Shown here: positions 14,091 to 27,372 of the stretch, one piece after another
Layout of the letters: the number at the start of each line of letters is the position of its first letter
Position numbering within the stretch: the stretch's first letter is position 1
NCBI GenBank assembly: GCA_028023455.1
Contig: JAQFVV010000010.1
Location: forward strand, 17,360,001-17,424,000
Length of the DNA stretch: 64,000 nucleotides
Direction: 5' to 3'
DNA from: Epiperipatus broadwayi
Lineage: Eukaryota > Animalia > Onychophora
Notes under the pieces: model-generated
Told to the model about the DNA's origin: nothing
Database searches by the model: none
Seen by the model: only the letters and a program-made list of their open reading frames with translations
Position numbers and translations under genes: made by a program

Positions 14091-15974
14091 TAACATGAAT
14101 TGTCTTACTTTCTACAGCAACTTGGCAAATAGAATAAAGGTTTACATACAAATGGGATCTTCAGTATTAGATGTAATAAATAAAATTCACTTTAAAATAA
14201 TAAAAAAATAAAGGATTTGCAATCAGTATATATACCAGAGCTCTGAAATAAATAATTCAGGTATATTCTATTTTTATGACCACAGATTTATTAAAATTAG
14301 AGATTATATCATCATCTTTATTTGTTCATAAATTATGGATAAAATGTGTACATAAACTTTAATATAAACTGTTTATAATAGAAACATTATAGATATATTT
14401 ATTACTTTATGTATTTTATAAGTGATGCATGTTTTATTATAATAATTGAATAATGTTAAATATTTAATATTTAAATTCTATATAATTTTGTTTTGATATT
14501 GGTAAAAGTTTCGTTTAGGTTTACTTATTGTCCAGACAATTAAAAGAATAAATTTTTTACCATTTAAATAAATGAATTTTTAGAGTTAAAATATATAAAC
14601 AATTTTACTTTGAATATTATAAATTTGTAATAAAGGGTGAGATTAAATAAACAGTTGCAACCATTTGCCAGTGTGACTGATTGGAATTTGTATAATTTTT
14701 GAACTTTATTTTATATGTGTTGGATGAATAAATATTAAATGCATGCTCTAATGTATAGAATCTTGTTATAAAATGATAATGCAATTTAATTAATTGTGAT
14801 TTATAGAGATATTGAGAGTGTGATGTGCAAGCATCTAGTATATTTTTATTGTAAACAAGTGCAAAAAAAAATTAGTCTAAAGTAAAGATTTTATCATATG
14901 TATATTGTTCTGTCTTGAGTATATAAATGCAAATGGAGAACCCCTGCTTACTTATATTGAAATAATGATATGCATGCTCAAACATGCATTTCTAGTTTTA
15001 CACTGAAAATAATTATAATCATGCCCATTATTTATTTATATTTTGATATTCCATATATTGCGATGGAAATTCTGCCATACAATTTTAATTTGTTACCTAT
15101 ATATTAATGTATATTTATATAATGATATTTTAAGGACATTTTTTATGCATGTAATTGAATTGCAGACACATTTATTTATTGATAATAAGAATCCTAGATA
15201 CATCCACCTGATTGTATTTTAATAGTTGTGATTTATATCAATGTAATTTACATACTTATCTTTGCCTCTGTACAAAACTGGATGTGTGATATAATCATAA
15301 ATTATAAGATTACAGTTGATAATAAAATTGGTATTGTTGCAAACAACATATATAATGTGACAAGATACTTTGTCTGCACTATCCACAGCTTCATGCATAT
15401 TAAGCCATTGATTTTAACTCTGTCTAGAGATTTCATTCTTCTGTAGATTTATAGGAATTTAAAAAATATTGTGCATTCATGTTAATGTGATATATTGAAA
15501 TATAATATGCAATATTGTCAGTATAAAAAGAAGACTGCACATAGTAATGAAATTTTATTTAAACTAGAGGTGAAATCATTATGATAAAATAATTAACAGT
15601 CCCATAGATTTATATTTGAACAATTTTAAAAATTTGATATTTGTTTTTATAATTTGTTGAGTGCATTGTGAGCATTCCTCTCCCTTATTATTTTACTTTA
15701 ACTTTGGCACTACCACTGTGAGGAATTAGATGACTTTTTCTTTTCAAATATGATGTTATTGAATGGATATATTGCTTTATTTATATGTTAGTTAATAAAC
15801 ATATGCTATATAGTTCTACTCATCTGGGTTTTTTTGCTTTATTTTTAAGATACTTGCAGTGATAGATTTGCTTCTCACTCTGACCATTAAAATATATATT
15901 ATACCATGTGTTACATAATATTTCTAGCATTTATCAGATAAGAGTGAATTTTAATGGAAAAAATGTTAAGAAAA

Positions 15975-16081
15975 GTCAAGCGTTGTTAGCCGAGAGGTCA
16001 TCGCAACCGCCTTGCAAGCAAGTAGTTGGTTGCAGACGGTTGTGGGTTCGCGTCCTGGCCGATGCTATGACATATGAAAAA
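15975..16081 (+). mobile_element. tRNA-derived retrocopy or short SINE with poly(A) and a 17-bp TSD
   Basis: A-box-like TAGCCGAGAGG and B-box-like GGGTTCGCGTCC; acceptor-stem-like pairing gcgttg/cgatgc; A tail. Perfect direct repeat aaaaaatgttaagaaaa at 15958-15974 and 16082-16098. Confidence 0.8.
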
Positions 16082-16499
16082 AAAAAATGTTAAGAAAATA
16101 TTATTTTTAAATTTTGAAAAAAAAAAGATATACATGAAAGTTTAAGAAAAAGAAAAGAACTCAAGAAAAGGGAGGGGAAAGGATTTCAGTAATGAATAAC
16201 AAAATGAATAATAATTAAAAAAAAAAAAAAGATTAACATTGTTATTTTAAATTAACATAAATATCTCGTTTTGTCTTATAATATGGAAGTAGTGGAATGT
16301 GTGCATCTATAAATAAAATTTAAAAGAAAGGAATTTTCTTAAAATGATAAAATTGAAAGCTAATGCAATGCAAATAAAAGAACTGAAAACTTAAAATCAA
16401 AACAAAGAAAATATAATTAACAAACAAAGGGACTAAGTACTACTGTTTGATTAAAATAAAAAACCAATGGAAAGACTATAACAAATCATAAACACTTAA

Positions 16500-16960
16500 A
16501 TAAAAGGAATAGAAAACCAATAGGATTGCTGCCGATTGCTTGATCGATCCTCAGATAAGGAACACTGTCTATATAAGGGAAATTTTGTATTGTTATAATC
16601 AATCAAAGGAAATTATTAATCAGAATTTGTCATAATTTGATCTAAAAAATATTGAAATAACTAAGAATGAACGTGCTGTCATATAGAATGTGTTGCTGAA
16701 TCCGTCGGATCGTGCGGCCAGCCTGAACCTTCTCTGCAGTAACATCAGCAGTTAGTTCGAGGGAAAAATCATGTTCATGTGAAAACTGGGAATCATCGGA
16801 GTGTCCATGCCAAGATCCACAAGTAATTCATATGCACATCATAAAATAAATAAAGGAGGCATATGAGGAATCAACACCAGCCGGTTGGAATCAGAAGATC
16901 AGAAGAAAGCTACATTGACCTATTTGTGTATTAAAGTGTTCAAATCCTAGGTAAATCATT
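16500..16960. mobile_element. Possible LTR fragment (CpG-retaining island)
   Basis: Locally higher GC and CpG, a ctatataaggg TATA-like site, and a taggtaaatcat donor-like site similar to 53306. No termini identified. Confidence 0.25.
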
Positions 16961-19900
16961 CATTTTTGTCTTCAAAATCTTAATTCATAGCCATGAATAA
17001 GTGAGAGAAAACTTTTAAACATCTCAAGAACTATAAGTTAGATTTAATCCAATATAGAACTATTAATTTCCATGATATAACTACATGCATTAACTTTCGT
17101 AATAAGACTTGAAATCAAATATCTCATTAATTATGTGTGTGTGTCATATGATTAAATATGTGTTTATTTTATTTATTATTTAAATGTATAGGTGTGTGAT
17201 TTGAAACGTATTAAAATGTATTATTGAATAGAATGTGTGTACGCGTTTATATTATAAGGCAAGAGTGAGCATTTAAAGAAAGCTGGATATAAAATATTTT
17301 TATTATTGTTAGGTAGATAATTTGATGTAATGTTAAATATAAGGGAGGGATTTATGCAGAAGAATTAAATAATGCATAAATATTCTATCGATCAAATATT
17401 TGTGATATAAATGTTGAAATATAGAGATTCATAGTGTAGGCAGAGAATTGGGAATAGTTAAGAGTCCGATGAACTAGCTGGGGGGAGGTCAGGTACTAAA
17501 TTCATAGCTGGTTGAGCAAGCACATTAGTTACATAGTAATTAACTGGCGCCTAAAGATTTTTTCTTAAAATAAAGTGCTTGTATTGCCAGTGTTATAATT
17601 TAATAGCAGAGAGTTGGTATTATTGATAGCTTGTTACCAGTGATATTATCTCTACCTGAATGACCAGAAGCCTTCAAAGATAGTGATAGGGACTAAACAA
17701 AAGGGATAAAAATAAATAAATCTAAAAATTTAGATTTTCCTCATCTTGTTTACAAAGAAAGAAGGCGGACTGTACAATGTATGCACGTTTTTTATACTTG
17801 TATATAATTATTTAAACTCACCTTTTGTTTTATTTTTTAAATAATTTATAAGTTAAATCTCATTGCCTCATGTACTTTACAGATGTGAGACTATTGGACC
17901 TAATGAGTATACTTTTAAATTATAGATGTGCTTTATTATCTTCAAAGTTGACATTTTTCATATATATCTCAAACTCCTACAATGAATCAGAACCTATCTT
18001 ATATGTAATAGAGATCTACAGATACCTAATAAACTTTTCATAGTTTACATTTAACAATAACATTTTTTATTATTATCTTATATATTAGGTATGTTTTGTT
18101 TCTCTTTCTTCTTCTTTTTAAGTGATAATATTTAGGTTATGTTTTCCTTTCACTACTATCTCATATTTATTCTTGTTGATTATTTTAATAAGCATGAAAA
18201 TAATTTTACAGCTTATCAAATATATAACACCAAGAATATAAACCTTTTTCATGAAACAAACTATCCAAACATATTGCTAAAATAAACTTATGTGACAAAA
18301 TCGATTGGCATTGATATAACAAAAGATGGACATTATTTATAGGTTTATTTGTATGATTCTTTTAGGATCATGCTTGTAAATTATTTTAACAACATATTCA
18401 TAAGGTCTTTGTTCTGTGAAATATGTTAATTTTTATTGATATGAATTTGTGCTGGTTATAATGTTAATTTATTTTTTTGCTCTTTCTCTTTTTCTGGCAT
18501 GATCCATTGTTTCTTCCCAAGACATTTTTTGGGACTCTCTTATTGTTAGAATTTCTGTATATATAGAAACATTATATATTTGTGTGTCTGTTACTTTCTT
18601 AGGCTGATTTCCTTTTTTCTGTCTTTATATTGTAACCTTCTGGATAGGCACCAGAAATATTGATTGTAATTATATAGCACTGTATCAATAACAGTTGATT
18701 GCATCTTACTAAAAAAAAAAAATGAAATAACCAGAAATTTAAAATTTTTTTTTATTAATGACCTAAAACTATGTTTAAAAGCACTTACAGGTATAATTTG
18801 AAAGTTTTGACTTGTTTAATATTTTTCTTTAGTGAGCATTTAATGATAGAAAGGGGGGTGGCTTGTCACTGAAATTGTCAGTTTAGTTTAAGTTGATCCA
18901 AGTTTGTTTTATTTGTCTGCAGAACAGTACTGATATTTGTTTAGATAATTCTCTGGTTTATGTGCTTAGAATATTTTAGTCCATAGTGTAAACAATGCAA
19001 TATGTTTGACTCATCATCATAGAAATTTTCCTTTTAGTCAGATCAGTTTAGTACCTGTAGTACAACATTTAGAGATGTGCATGTATGCTTGTGTCATCAT
19101 TCTACTTCATTTTCCATTCATATACTTCATTAAACCACCAAATATCATGTTTCATAGTAAAATGATTTTCTAGCCCATAGCTTAGATAACCAACTTAGTT
19201 ACATTTTAAATGAATCAATGGATCACTGGACCAGTGGATTATCAAACAACATATACACTGTTAAATATTTATTTGTTAAAATAATATATTATTTTAATTT
19301 ATTTTGTTACTTTAAAAATACAGAATATTTTATTCTTGGTTCAATTTTTTTTTTTTTTAAAGACAAAATAATTTTTCTTTCTTTTTTAAAATAGAAAGAT
19401 TCTTGCATATTTTGTAACTAATTAAATCAGTGCAATGGGAGGAGCAATTTTTTTCCAGAGTTGAACTTTTGAGTGACCTTAGATCAATGGGAGTACAGAT
19501 TATTGGGTAATAATCTAGTATAAAGGGGAAAACCTTTACAAAAAGTTGACTTTTGCTTTTCTTACTTCAACAATTCTCTCTCCATAAAAAGTTTTATTAG
19601 TACAATTTCATTTCTACAAGTTAGTTTGTCCATTGTCTAAGCTTGAAAGTAAAAATTATTATTGATTTTCTGGATGAAAACAACTCAGAAGTTCTACTGA
19701 GGAAAAATAAGGAAGTAATATGCAGACGTAGACAATGGTAAAATAAGGTACATCTCCTTACTTTTAACTGACTAGTTTAAATTCTAAAATCATCATTTGA
19801 GATGTGTATATGTGCCTATATTGTAAATTTATTTAACATTAATTTTTAATATTAAAGAAATAATGGAAATGCGTGTTTATATTTCAAATCTATTTTTGCC

Positions 19901-21249
19901 TAAATCTTATTTCTAATGTTAAAGAAGTAATTGAAACGTGTGTCTACATTATGAGTTTGATTTACTTAGTTTTAATCTCTATCATTAAGGAAATAACTGG
20001 AATGCATGAATTTTGTTATGCTCGAAAATTTTATGCTGAACTTTTTTATGAAACACTTCAGAGACTCTTTGTTGATAATTTTGGTAACTATAATGGCATG
20101 AAGTTTAAACAGAAGGATGTGTGCGGATAATTTATTATAACCTGCTTTTATTATTATTATTCATAAAACATTTACCTAACCATTTGTGTCTGGAAATAAG
20201 AAACAAATGTGTGACATATGATTTAATGAACTATTAACTTATCTCTAAATGTGCTGATAAATGAACGAGTAGAAGGGCATGAAATTGGATATGAATTTCT
20301 TTTATTTTATTGTTTTCCTTATTTGCATTTGATTTTTTATTAAAATATGTTATCAATAAACGTACGTGAATTTAAATGAATTTTATGAACTGAATCACGA
20401 CTTGCTTGATGAATGACTTTTGAAAATTTGGAATAAATACTTAAATATGTCTAATGAATTAGATAATAAATTATTGTTCAACTTATGCAGTATTAGATAT
20501 TTGTTACCATAATGATTTCATGTGATATTGCCAGCAGTTTCATTAGCTATTACTAAAAACTTTGAAATGCTGTTAAATTAGACTCAATTAATATTATTTA
20601 TCTCCCTGCAGGAACTTAATGTGTTTAATCCATATTTATACTTGTACCAGTGATCATCATCATTTAGTACCTGACTAAGATATGTCATTTACAGACTGTA
20701 AATGAACTTTTCATTCCAGCCAAGAAAAAAAAGCTTTAATGATTATTATTATTTTGTTAGCATTTGATAGATAGGTCGATTTAAAAATTTGTCTTGTGAT
20801 TTTTTTTTTTATTATTTGATTATTTCTCTCTTCAAGAACATCTCGCAAAGATATAATATGGAGAGATATTATACTGGGTAATAGTATTATTTTAATATAG
20901 TTTTTATTATGTACTTGTGTTTCTATACGCGTGTGTGTTAGAAATAGAAATATCTGTTTGCTATGTAGGAGTTAACAGCTTGTCGAGGTCATTATATAAA
21001 ATTTATTGTTTATCTTTGCGTTTTTAAGAAGTTATAAAATAATTATTTCTTAATAATTGTTTTACTCAAAATTTAAAGATTTGTTGTTTATCCCAAACCA
21101 AAGTTTTTATTTTAATTTTGTGCTAATGCCAAATACACTAAAGAGTTATTTTGTCTTTGCTTTGCTAGAAGTTATTTTGTCTTGTTTAGTTAATAATAAT
21201 TATTATATTTCCAAGTTAAAATATTATACTTGTCAGAAATGAGAGATTT

Positions 21250-21760
21250 ATTCATTATTACTTTTACAATTTATTAATTAACCATATATGAATAAAAAAC
21301 AAATTGATTTTATAAAAGATAAAAAACTAGTCACATCATTAGCAAAAAATAGAACTTTTAGAAACAATAATTAATTATAAAGTAAGTTTAAAAAAGAAAA
21401 AATTTTTTTATATTAAGGAATTTAAAAAACTAATTGATTTTTGTAGATGATAAGACTGGTTTTGAGGTATTTTATCTAAATATAATTTAAACAGAGTGGT
21501 TTAAATAGAAGTTTAAATTGTAGGTTTTTTAAATAGAGGAAGGTAATGTTTTTATGTTTTATATTAGATTTATGTTTTTAAAAGAAAAAATTTTTTAAAA
21601 AGAATTTTGTGAAGATTTGAAATATATATAGGGTTTAATGATTATATAATGTTTTATTTTATTTATTTTGTTATTTTTTGTATATTTTAGTGGCTTGAAA
21701 AAGGCTATAAGGATGTAAATAGTCGAAACGTTGCTCTTGAAATTAAAATTCATATAGTCA
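21250..21760 (+). mobile_element. Penelope-like element 3' relic with a degenerate hammerhead
   Basis: …ttaaatagaggaaggt resembles the LNRDEG-type ORF end. It is followed by ttgaaaaa-ggctat-aaggatgtaa-atagtc-gaaacgttgc (21695-21734), the CTGAAGAAG…CGAAACGTT pattern of Penelope pLTR hammerheads. Confidence 0.6.
21695..21736 (+). ncRNA. Degenerate minimal hammerhead ribozyme relic (Penelope-type)
   Basis: 6-bp stem II ggctat/atagtc immediately followed by GAAAC and the palindrome AACGTT. The core CUGANGA has decayed to UUGAAAA, so it is presumed inactive. Confidence 0.55.
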
Positions 21761-23904
21761 TAATAATTAAAAAACAAGTTTTTTAAAGAAAATTGGTTTG
21801 TTATTTTATATTTTGGTGAATATTAGAATTTGTGTAAATTTTAATTACATAAATTATAATTCAATATTTATTTTTTTTTGCTTGAAAAAATAGGCATGGA
21901 AGTGTTTTACATTACAAAATTGGTTAATTATACTGATTTTTTTTTTTTTTATTATTATTGTACACATGAATATATTATTTTAAAAAGTGATATGTGTAAA
22001 ATATTTAACATTAATAAATGTTATTACATCTCTCTATTTCAAAAAACTAAAGTAATACTATATACTCTATACAGACTGTGCATAGAAATAGCATTTAATT
22101 TTTAACACAAAATTATAAATATACACATTCAAATAGTTTCCACAAATGTAAATAGCATATACACAAAAACTATCACTAAAACAATCTTATTTTACCAATG
22201 TATCATTATATTAAGCTCTGAAAGGTCAGAAGCTATATATATTGAAATATAAAATGGTTGTTATACACAGACATTATACAATTCTTTTTGAAAAAGTTAT
22301 CAAATATAAAACAAATGTCTAGTGAATTTTGATGAAAAATATCAATAATATAAAATTGTACACTTTCACTTATATATAAACTTTATGTAAGCAGAAATTA
22401 AAATTTGACTTATTTTCAGATAAGCTGCATTTATTGCAGGAAAAAAAAAATCAGTTTAATGAATACAAATATCTCATGTTTTCTGGAAATTTCCTCTATT
22501 TTTTATTTAAGATATACAAATATGTATTTTTATTTCAATATATTTTACGATTTTGAAAATATTTCCAAAAAACAGATTTTTTTTTTTTCTGTTTTTTGGT
22601 TATTTGATCATTTTTGAATCTTCCTTTTCTAAAATTAGTCTAATTTTTTTTTTTAATGATACAAGAAAATAACAATTGATGTCAAAAACACTTGAAAAGG
22701 TAATGAATTTATATATATATATTACTATGGTGCAGGCTCAAGTAGATTACATTTGGATTAAGGCATAAGCATTCTTTCTCTAAATCAATAGCATGAGGTT
22801 ATTTGTGATAACAATAGAAAGCTGATGTGAAATGAAATTTGAAATAATAAATCCATCTGTGTTATAATAAATTTTTGTTTAGATTTCAAAAATTATTTCA
22901 AAAGAAAGTTTTTATAATTAGCTTTTAAATATTTAATAATCATCCTCAATTGCTCATCCAGAATCTGTGCTCTTATTTGAAGCTTTGAAAATTTACATTT
23001 AATATAGATCACTTGTATTAGAAAATGTTAAGAAATACTGTAATCTGATTAAAGATATATTCATTTCATTTTTTGAATAACATCAAAATGGTATACTATA
23101 ATTAATGTTTTTTGAAAGTTAGTGATGATGATATTGTAGCTGTAATTATACAATGGACATTTTCATAATCTAGCATTAGTAGTTAAATGCTTTTAGAAAT
23201 ATTCAAACTTTATTTACACTTTCCGAATGCATTCTATTGTTAGTAATAGCACACAAATTAATATATACCACAATGTTTTGAGTGGTGTTATTTCCTCTTC
23301 ATTATATACTATTGATTTGATTAGTAATGGTATTAGCAAGGGAATTAAATATTAGGACCTTTAGATTCATATATATTAAATTTAAGGCAAGTTTATTTCC
23401 AGGTTCCTTGTTAATACTATCATTGGTCAGACCAGCAATACTTGAAGACAAGATCTATGAATGTATTTAGAAAGTTTAAATTTTTCCTAATACATTTAAT
23501 AACTAATATTAGATGATGGAAACAGTCCAACATATAATTACAATTGTAATTAAATCTTTTTTTTTTATCATTTTTATTTAATAATTATATTTCTTTTCAG
23601 CATTTCTTTAGTTTGGTAAATAATTGTTTCCCTCATATAATAACTCAGCTAAAAACAAAATTAAATATTAATGGATAATAAGTTAAAAATATATATTTGT
23701 GCTGAATATTTCAAATATAATAGGATTGCCACTTCTATGATATCAAACAAACAATCTCAATTTTAAAAATATATATAATAAAAAAATTTAAAAATTAGAC
23801 ATTAATAAAAAAAATAAAAACAATATGTTTATTATAATGTCATATCTTATATCTTTTGCACTTTTTGTTATCAATTTTTATCACAGCTGTGCAAAAAGTT
23901 TATA

Positions 23905-24140
23905 TCCATATCATCATCACATCATTTTCAACTATTATCAGTCCAATGCAGGATGCACTTCTCCAAGTTTAATCCAGTTTCTCTGATCTATAGCATTCTT
24001 CTCCATATCAGATCAACAAATTTTCTTATTTTATCTGGTCTTTTTTTAGATCGTTAAATCATTTGAGATCCAGTTTAAGACTTCAACTGTTCATTTATTA
24101 TCATCTCTTCTAGCAATATGTCCAGCCCAGTCAATGATGT
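23905..24140 (-). mobile_element. RTE LINE 3' end with a (GAT)n-like tail
   Basis: The minus strand reads WAGHIARRDDK*TVEVLNW…, matching the conserved RTE C-terminus WAGHIAR….RW….L.W.P. A tcatcatca microsatellite remnant lies at about 23910. Confidence 0.7.
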
Positions 24141-27100
24141 CAAGTGATATCTGGTTATTCCCTCATCAGACAACAAAACCTTGTAAATATATATATATAT
24201 TGTAGATAAGTGAAGTCTCACTTAGCTCCAATAGCTATAATTTCTTCTATTAGCTTAACCATTTTTGTACAATTTTCTGATTTAAAAAATATTAATAAAA
24301 GAAAGAAGAAAAATAGTTAATTAAGGAATAGGGTAAAAAATAATTGGTAATGTGGTTATATGTGGTAAGTTAACAATTATATGTGCAAAGTAAGTCACAT
24401 ATTTATAGTCAGTTGTGTTGGAGATATAATATAGCATTTCTCTTAAAATAAATGTTTACATTATTATTTAAAATGATAATAGATAATATTAATACTGTCA
24501 TAAGATATCTTTTGTTTTATTTATTTCTAATTTGTAGCCTAATAACTGAGCTTATTATAAATACGGTAAATAATGTGAAATTGATTTAAAGTTAATCTTT
24601 AGTTTTCTTAAAACATTCAGATAATAATTTAATCTTTAGTGTAAATTAGCCTTAACTTGTTAAAAGCTATTTTAATGTAATATTCCCAAATATTTTATTT
24701 ATAGTCATTAAAAATTATAATTAAATATTTAAAGGTAAATTGGAGGTCAAGTTAAAGCTTTAAATGTATACATCACTTCCCTGTGTGAGTGTTTGCGTGT
24801 ATGGAGATATAAAAAAATGTTTTCTAATTAGTTAAACTGATCTGCTTGAGTTATGTCAACTCATTAAAGAAAAAGAAAGAAAATGAATAAATAATTAACT
24901 ATAATATTAATTTAAAAAAAAAAAAACCAAGTGAATGAATAAAACAATTTATTAATTTAAATTTTGGAATGTAAATCCTAAAGGTAGATTGGTTAATAAA
25001 TGAGACAAGTTTTAATTTTACATCAGTATTTCTATTTTATTTTATGTAATTTTTTTTAATATTATAAAAGAAACTATTAACTTTTTAAAATTAAGGTCAT
25101 TAGATCACGATATAGATATCTAGATCATTCTGACATCGTTTGTTAATCGATCTGTCTTACTGCTGATTTTAAACAGTTAAAAAAAAATAAGTTTTGTTTA
25201 TTGGCTGTTAAAAAGGAATTGACAACTGAAACTTGGGTGGGGAATAGAGAAGAAAATTGATATAAAATAGAAGTTTTATTTTATTTAGTTGGATTCTGAA
25301 TTTTTCTTGAAATCTGGTGTGAAATCTTCTCGTTAGAACAAGTTTGAAAAAGTATTAATTATTTTTAAAATCTTATTATTTTTTTAAAAAAAACTATTGT
25401 AAATTATATTTAAGTATTTCATGTCTACAATATACCATATCTAAAAGAATAGGTAACTCATTTCTTGGCTTCTAACTTTCAATTAGCTTTTAAAAACGTT
25501 TGTAAAATGCTAAGAGGAAATTTTAATTATTCTATTTTCAATACTAACTATGTGAATAATATCTTTTATAAAATAAATTTAAACTATATGCAGTTATTAT
25601 ATTTATTGCTAAACTATTATTATTGCACAGAACTATGTCCCAGTCTGCATTTACTTAGTTATTCATTAAATAGAATAAAACTAAAAAGAGGAAAATTAAA
25701 AATGCATAGAGACTTAGCTATGTTTTAAAAGTCTAAATATGTTTGTATTAATTTCGCTTAGTGCTAATTCAAACCTTCCACATTATATTAAATTTGCCTG
25801 ATGCTAACCAAAACATTCTTAGTTATGTTAATTTACCTGCTTCTCAACTAATATTATAGAATGTTTGTACCGCGACTATTTAAAAGAATTTTTTTAAAAA
25901 TGCTTATATTATTAGTAATGATCTAAAATGTTTTCTCAGCTGCAGCTTTTCTTTTAATTTGTAATTTGAAGAATATAGTTTGCAAGTAAAAATTATAAGA
26001 AAATATTTATGCTTAAATCTATACCTAAAGTTGGTAGAAGTTATTCTAAAAACATTATACATGCTGAATTCTCTACTGATGAAATTGCTTGCACTCTTGT
26101 TTTAAGAAAAGCATAAAGAAATAACCTGGAAGCGTCTTAGTATTTTTATGCGAGTAAATTAAAAAAAAAAATGCTTAAAAATGTATTTTTTTTTTTTAAA
26201 AAAAAAAAGGAAATGGAATAAAAATGAAACTATATAATTGTTTAAGTAAACCTGGGATCCCATAAATGATATTATCAGCTGAATAATTTGTTTTGCTTGC
26301 TATTTTCATTGGCGCCAGCTTATTATTATTGTTATTATGTTTTATTATATATTGCTTATTTAAATTATAATACATTGAAATGAAGAACTGAATTACTTTT
26401 AAGGAACTATTATATATACTTCTTTCAGAAGTCTTTGCCATGTTTAAGTTAACATATTTTGACCAGAAGCTTCATGCAGAATACCGGCCCATCAGATAAA
26501 TAGTATACATGTGTTTAACGGATGGCCAGTGTGGAGAAAGTGAAATTATGAACCAAAATTTATTTTATTTTTATTTTGTTTGTTTTATTTGTTTTAAAAA
26601 AAAAAAGAACAGGAAAATATTTTATGCAATTTTTTTTTATAAATGTATTCCATTTGTGTATAATACATTTGTGTAATACTGTTTGGTATAAAATATGCCA
26701 GGTAATTTGATTCATATAATTTTAATCTTAATGGGTTTATTAGAATGTGTAGACATCCTACCATTCTCAGGTAATATTATTATTGTTAAATTTGATGTGT
26801 TTGATAAGTTAACATATATTTTAGTCATTCTTATCCCATGGAGATTTTCATATCTCACTGTTAGCTATTTTGAATGTATGGTACTTCACTCAATTATATG
26901 AAAACAGCTCAATAAGTTATCAGAGTTTTCCATTCCATTTTTTTTATAAATGCTATTAATAATAACCATTAATATTTTTTATACATACTGAGAATTAATC
27001 TTTTCACATCTGATCCACATTCTTATTAATGTCCACTAGCCACTGTAGTTTAATGTTTAATATTTTGTTGTGTGTGCATTGTACTTCTACCTAGAATTTT

Positions 27101-27372
27101 ATATGCATTTAATATTCTTAAGTAGTTCTTTTAATGGTCGTTTTGACATAATTTGCATTATTGATTCTGACATTGATTAATACATATTGTGATTTAAAAT
27201 TCTTGAAGATGACTTTGGTCAGTTAAAGTGAGGTTTGTGTCTTGTTGTTAGTTTAGTATTTGTTGGCCTCATAGAGCAAGGCCTTACTGATTATTACTAT
27301 TATGCTTGATGGAATAGACTAAGTTCTCCATCCTTATTTTATTGCTTTTCCATGAGGTGATAGTGTTCATAT

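Noticed and set aside
17545-17552. TGGCGCC primer-binding-site-like motif (also about 26313 and 62256)
   Set aside because: Only 7 nt, with no adjacent recognisable LTR end and no gag-pol downstream.
11203-26901. Numerous 60-100 aa ORFs from the track (also 31020, 39509, 43393, 45507, 50023, 58166-58808)
   Set aside because: I/F/L/Y/K/N-rich translations of AT-rich DNA, mostly with non-ATG starts and no motifs.
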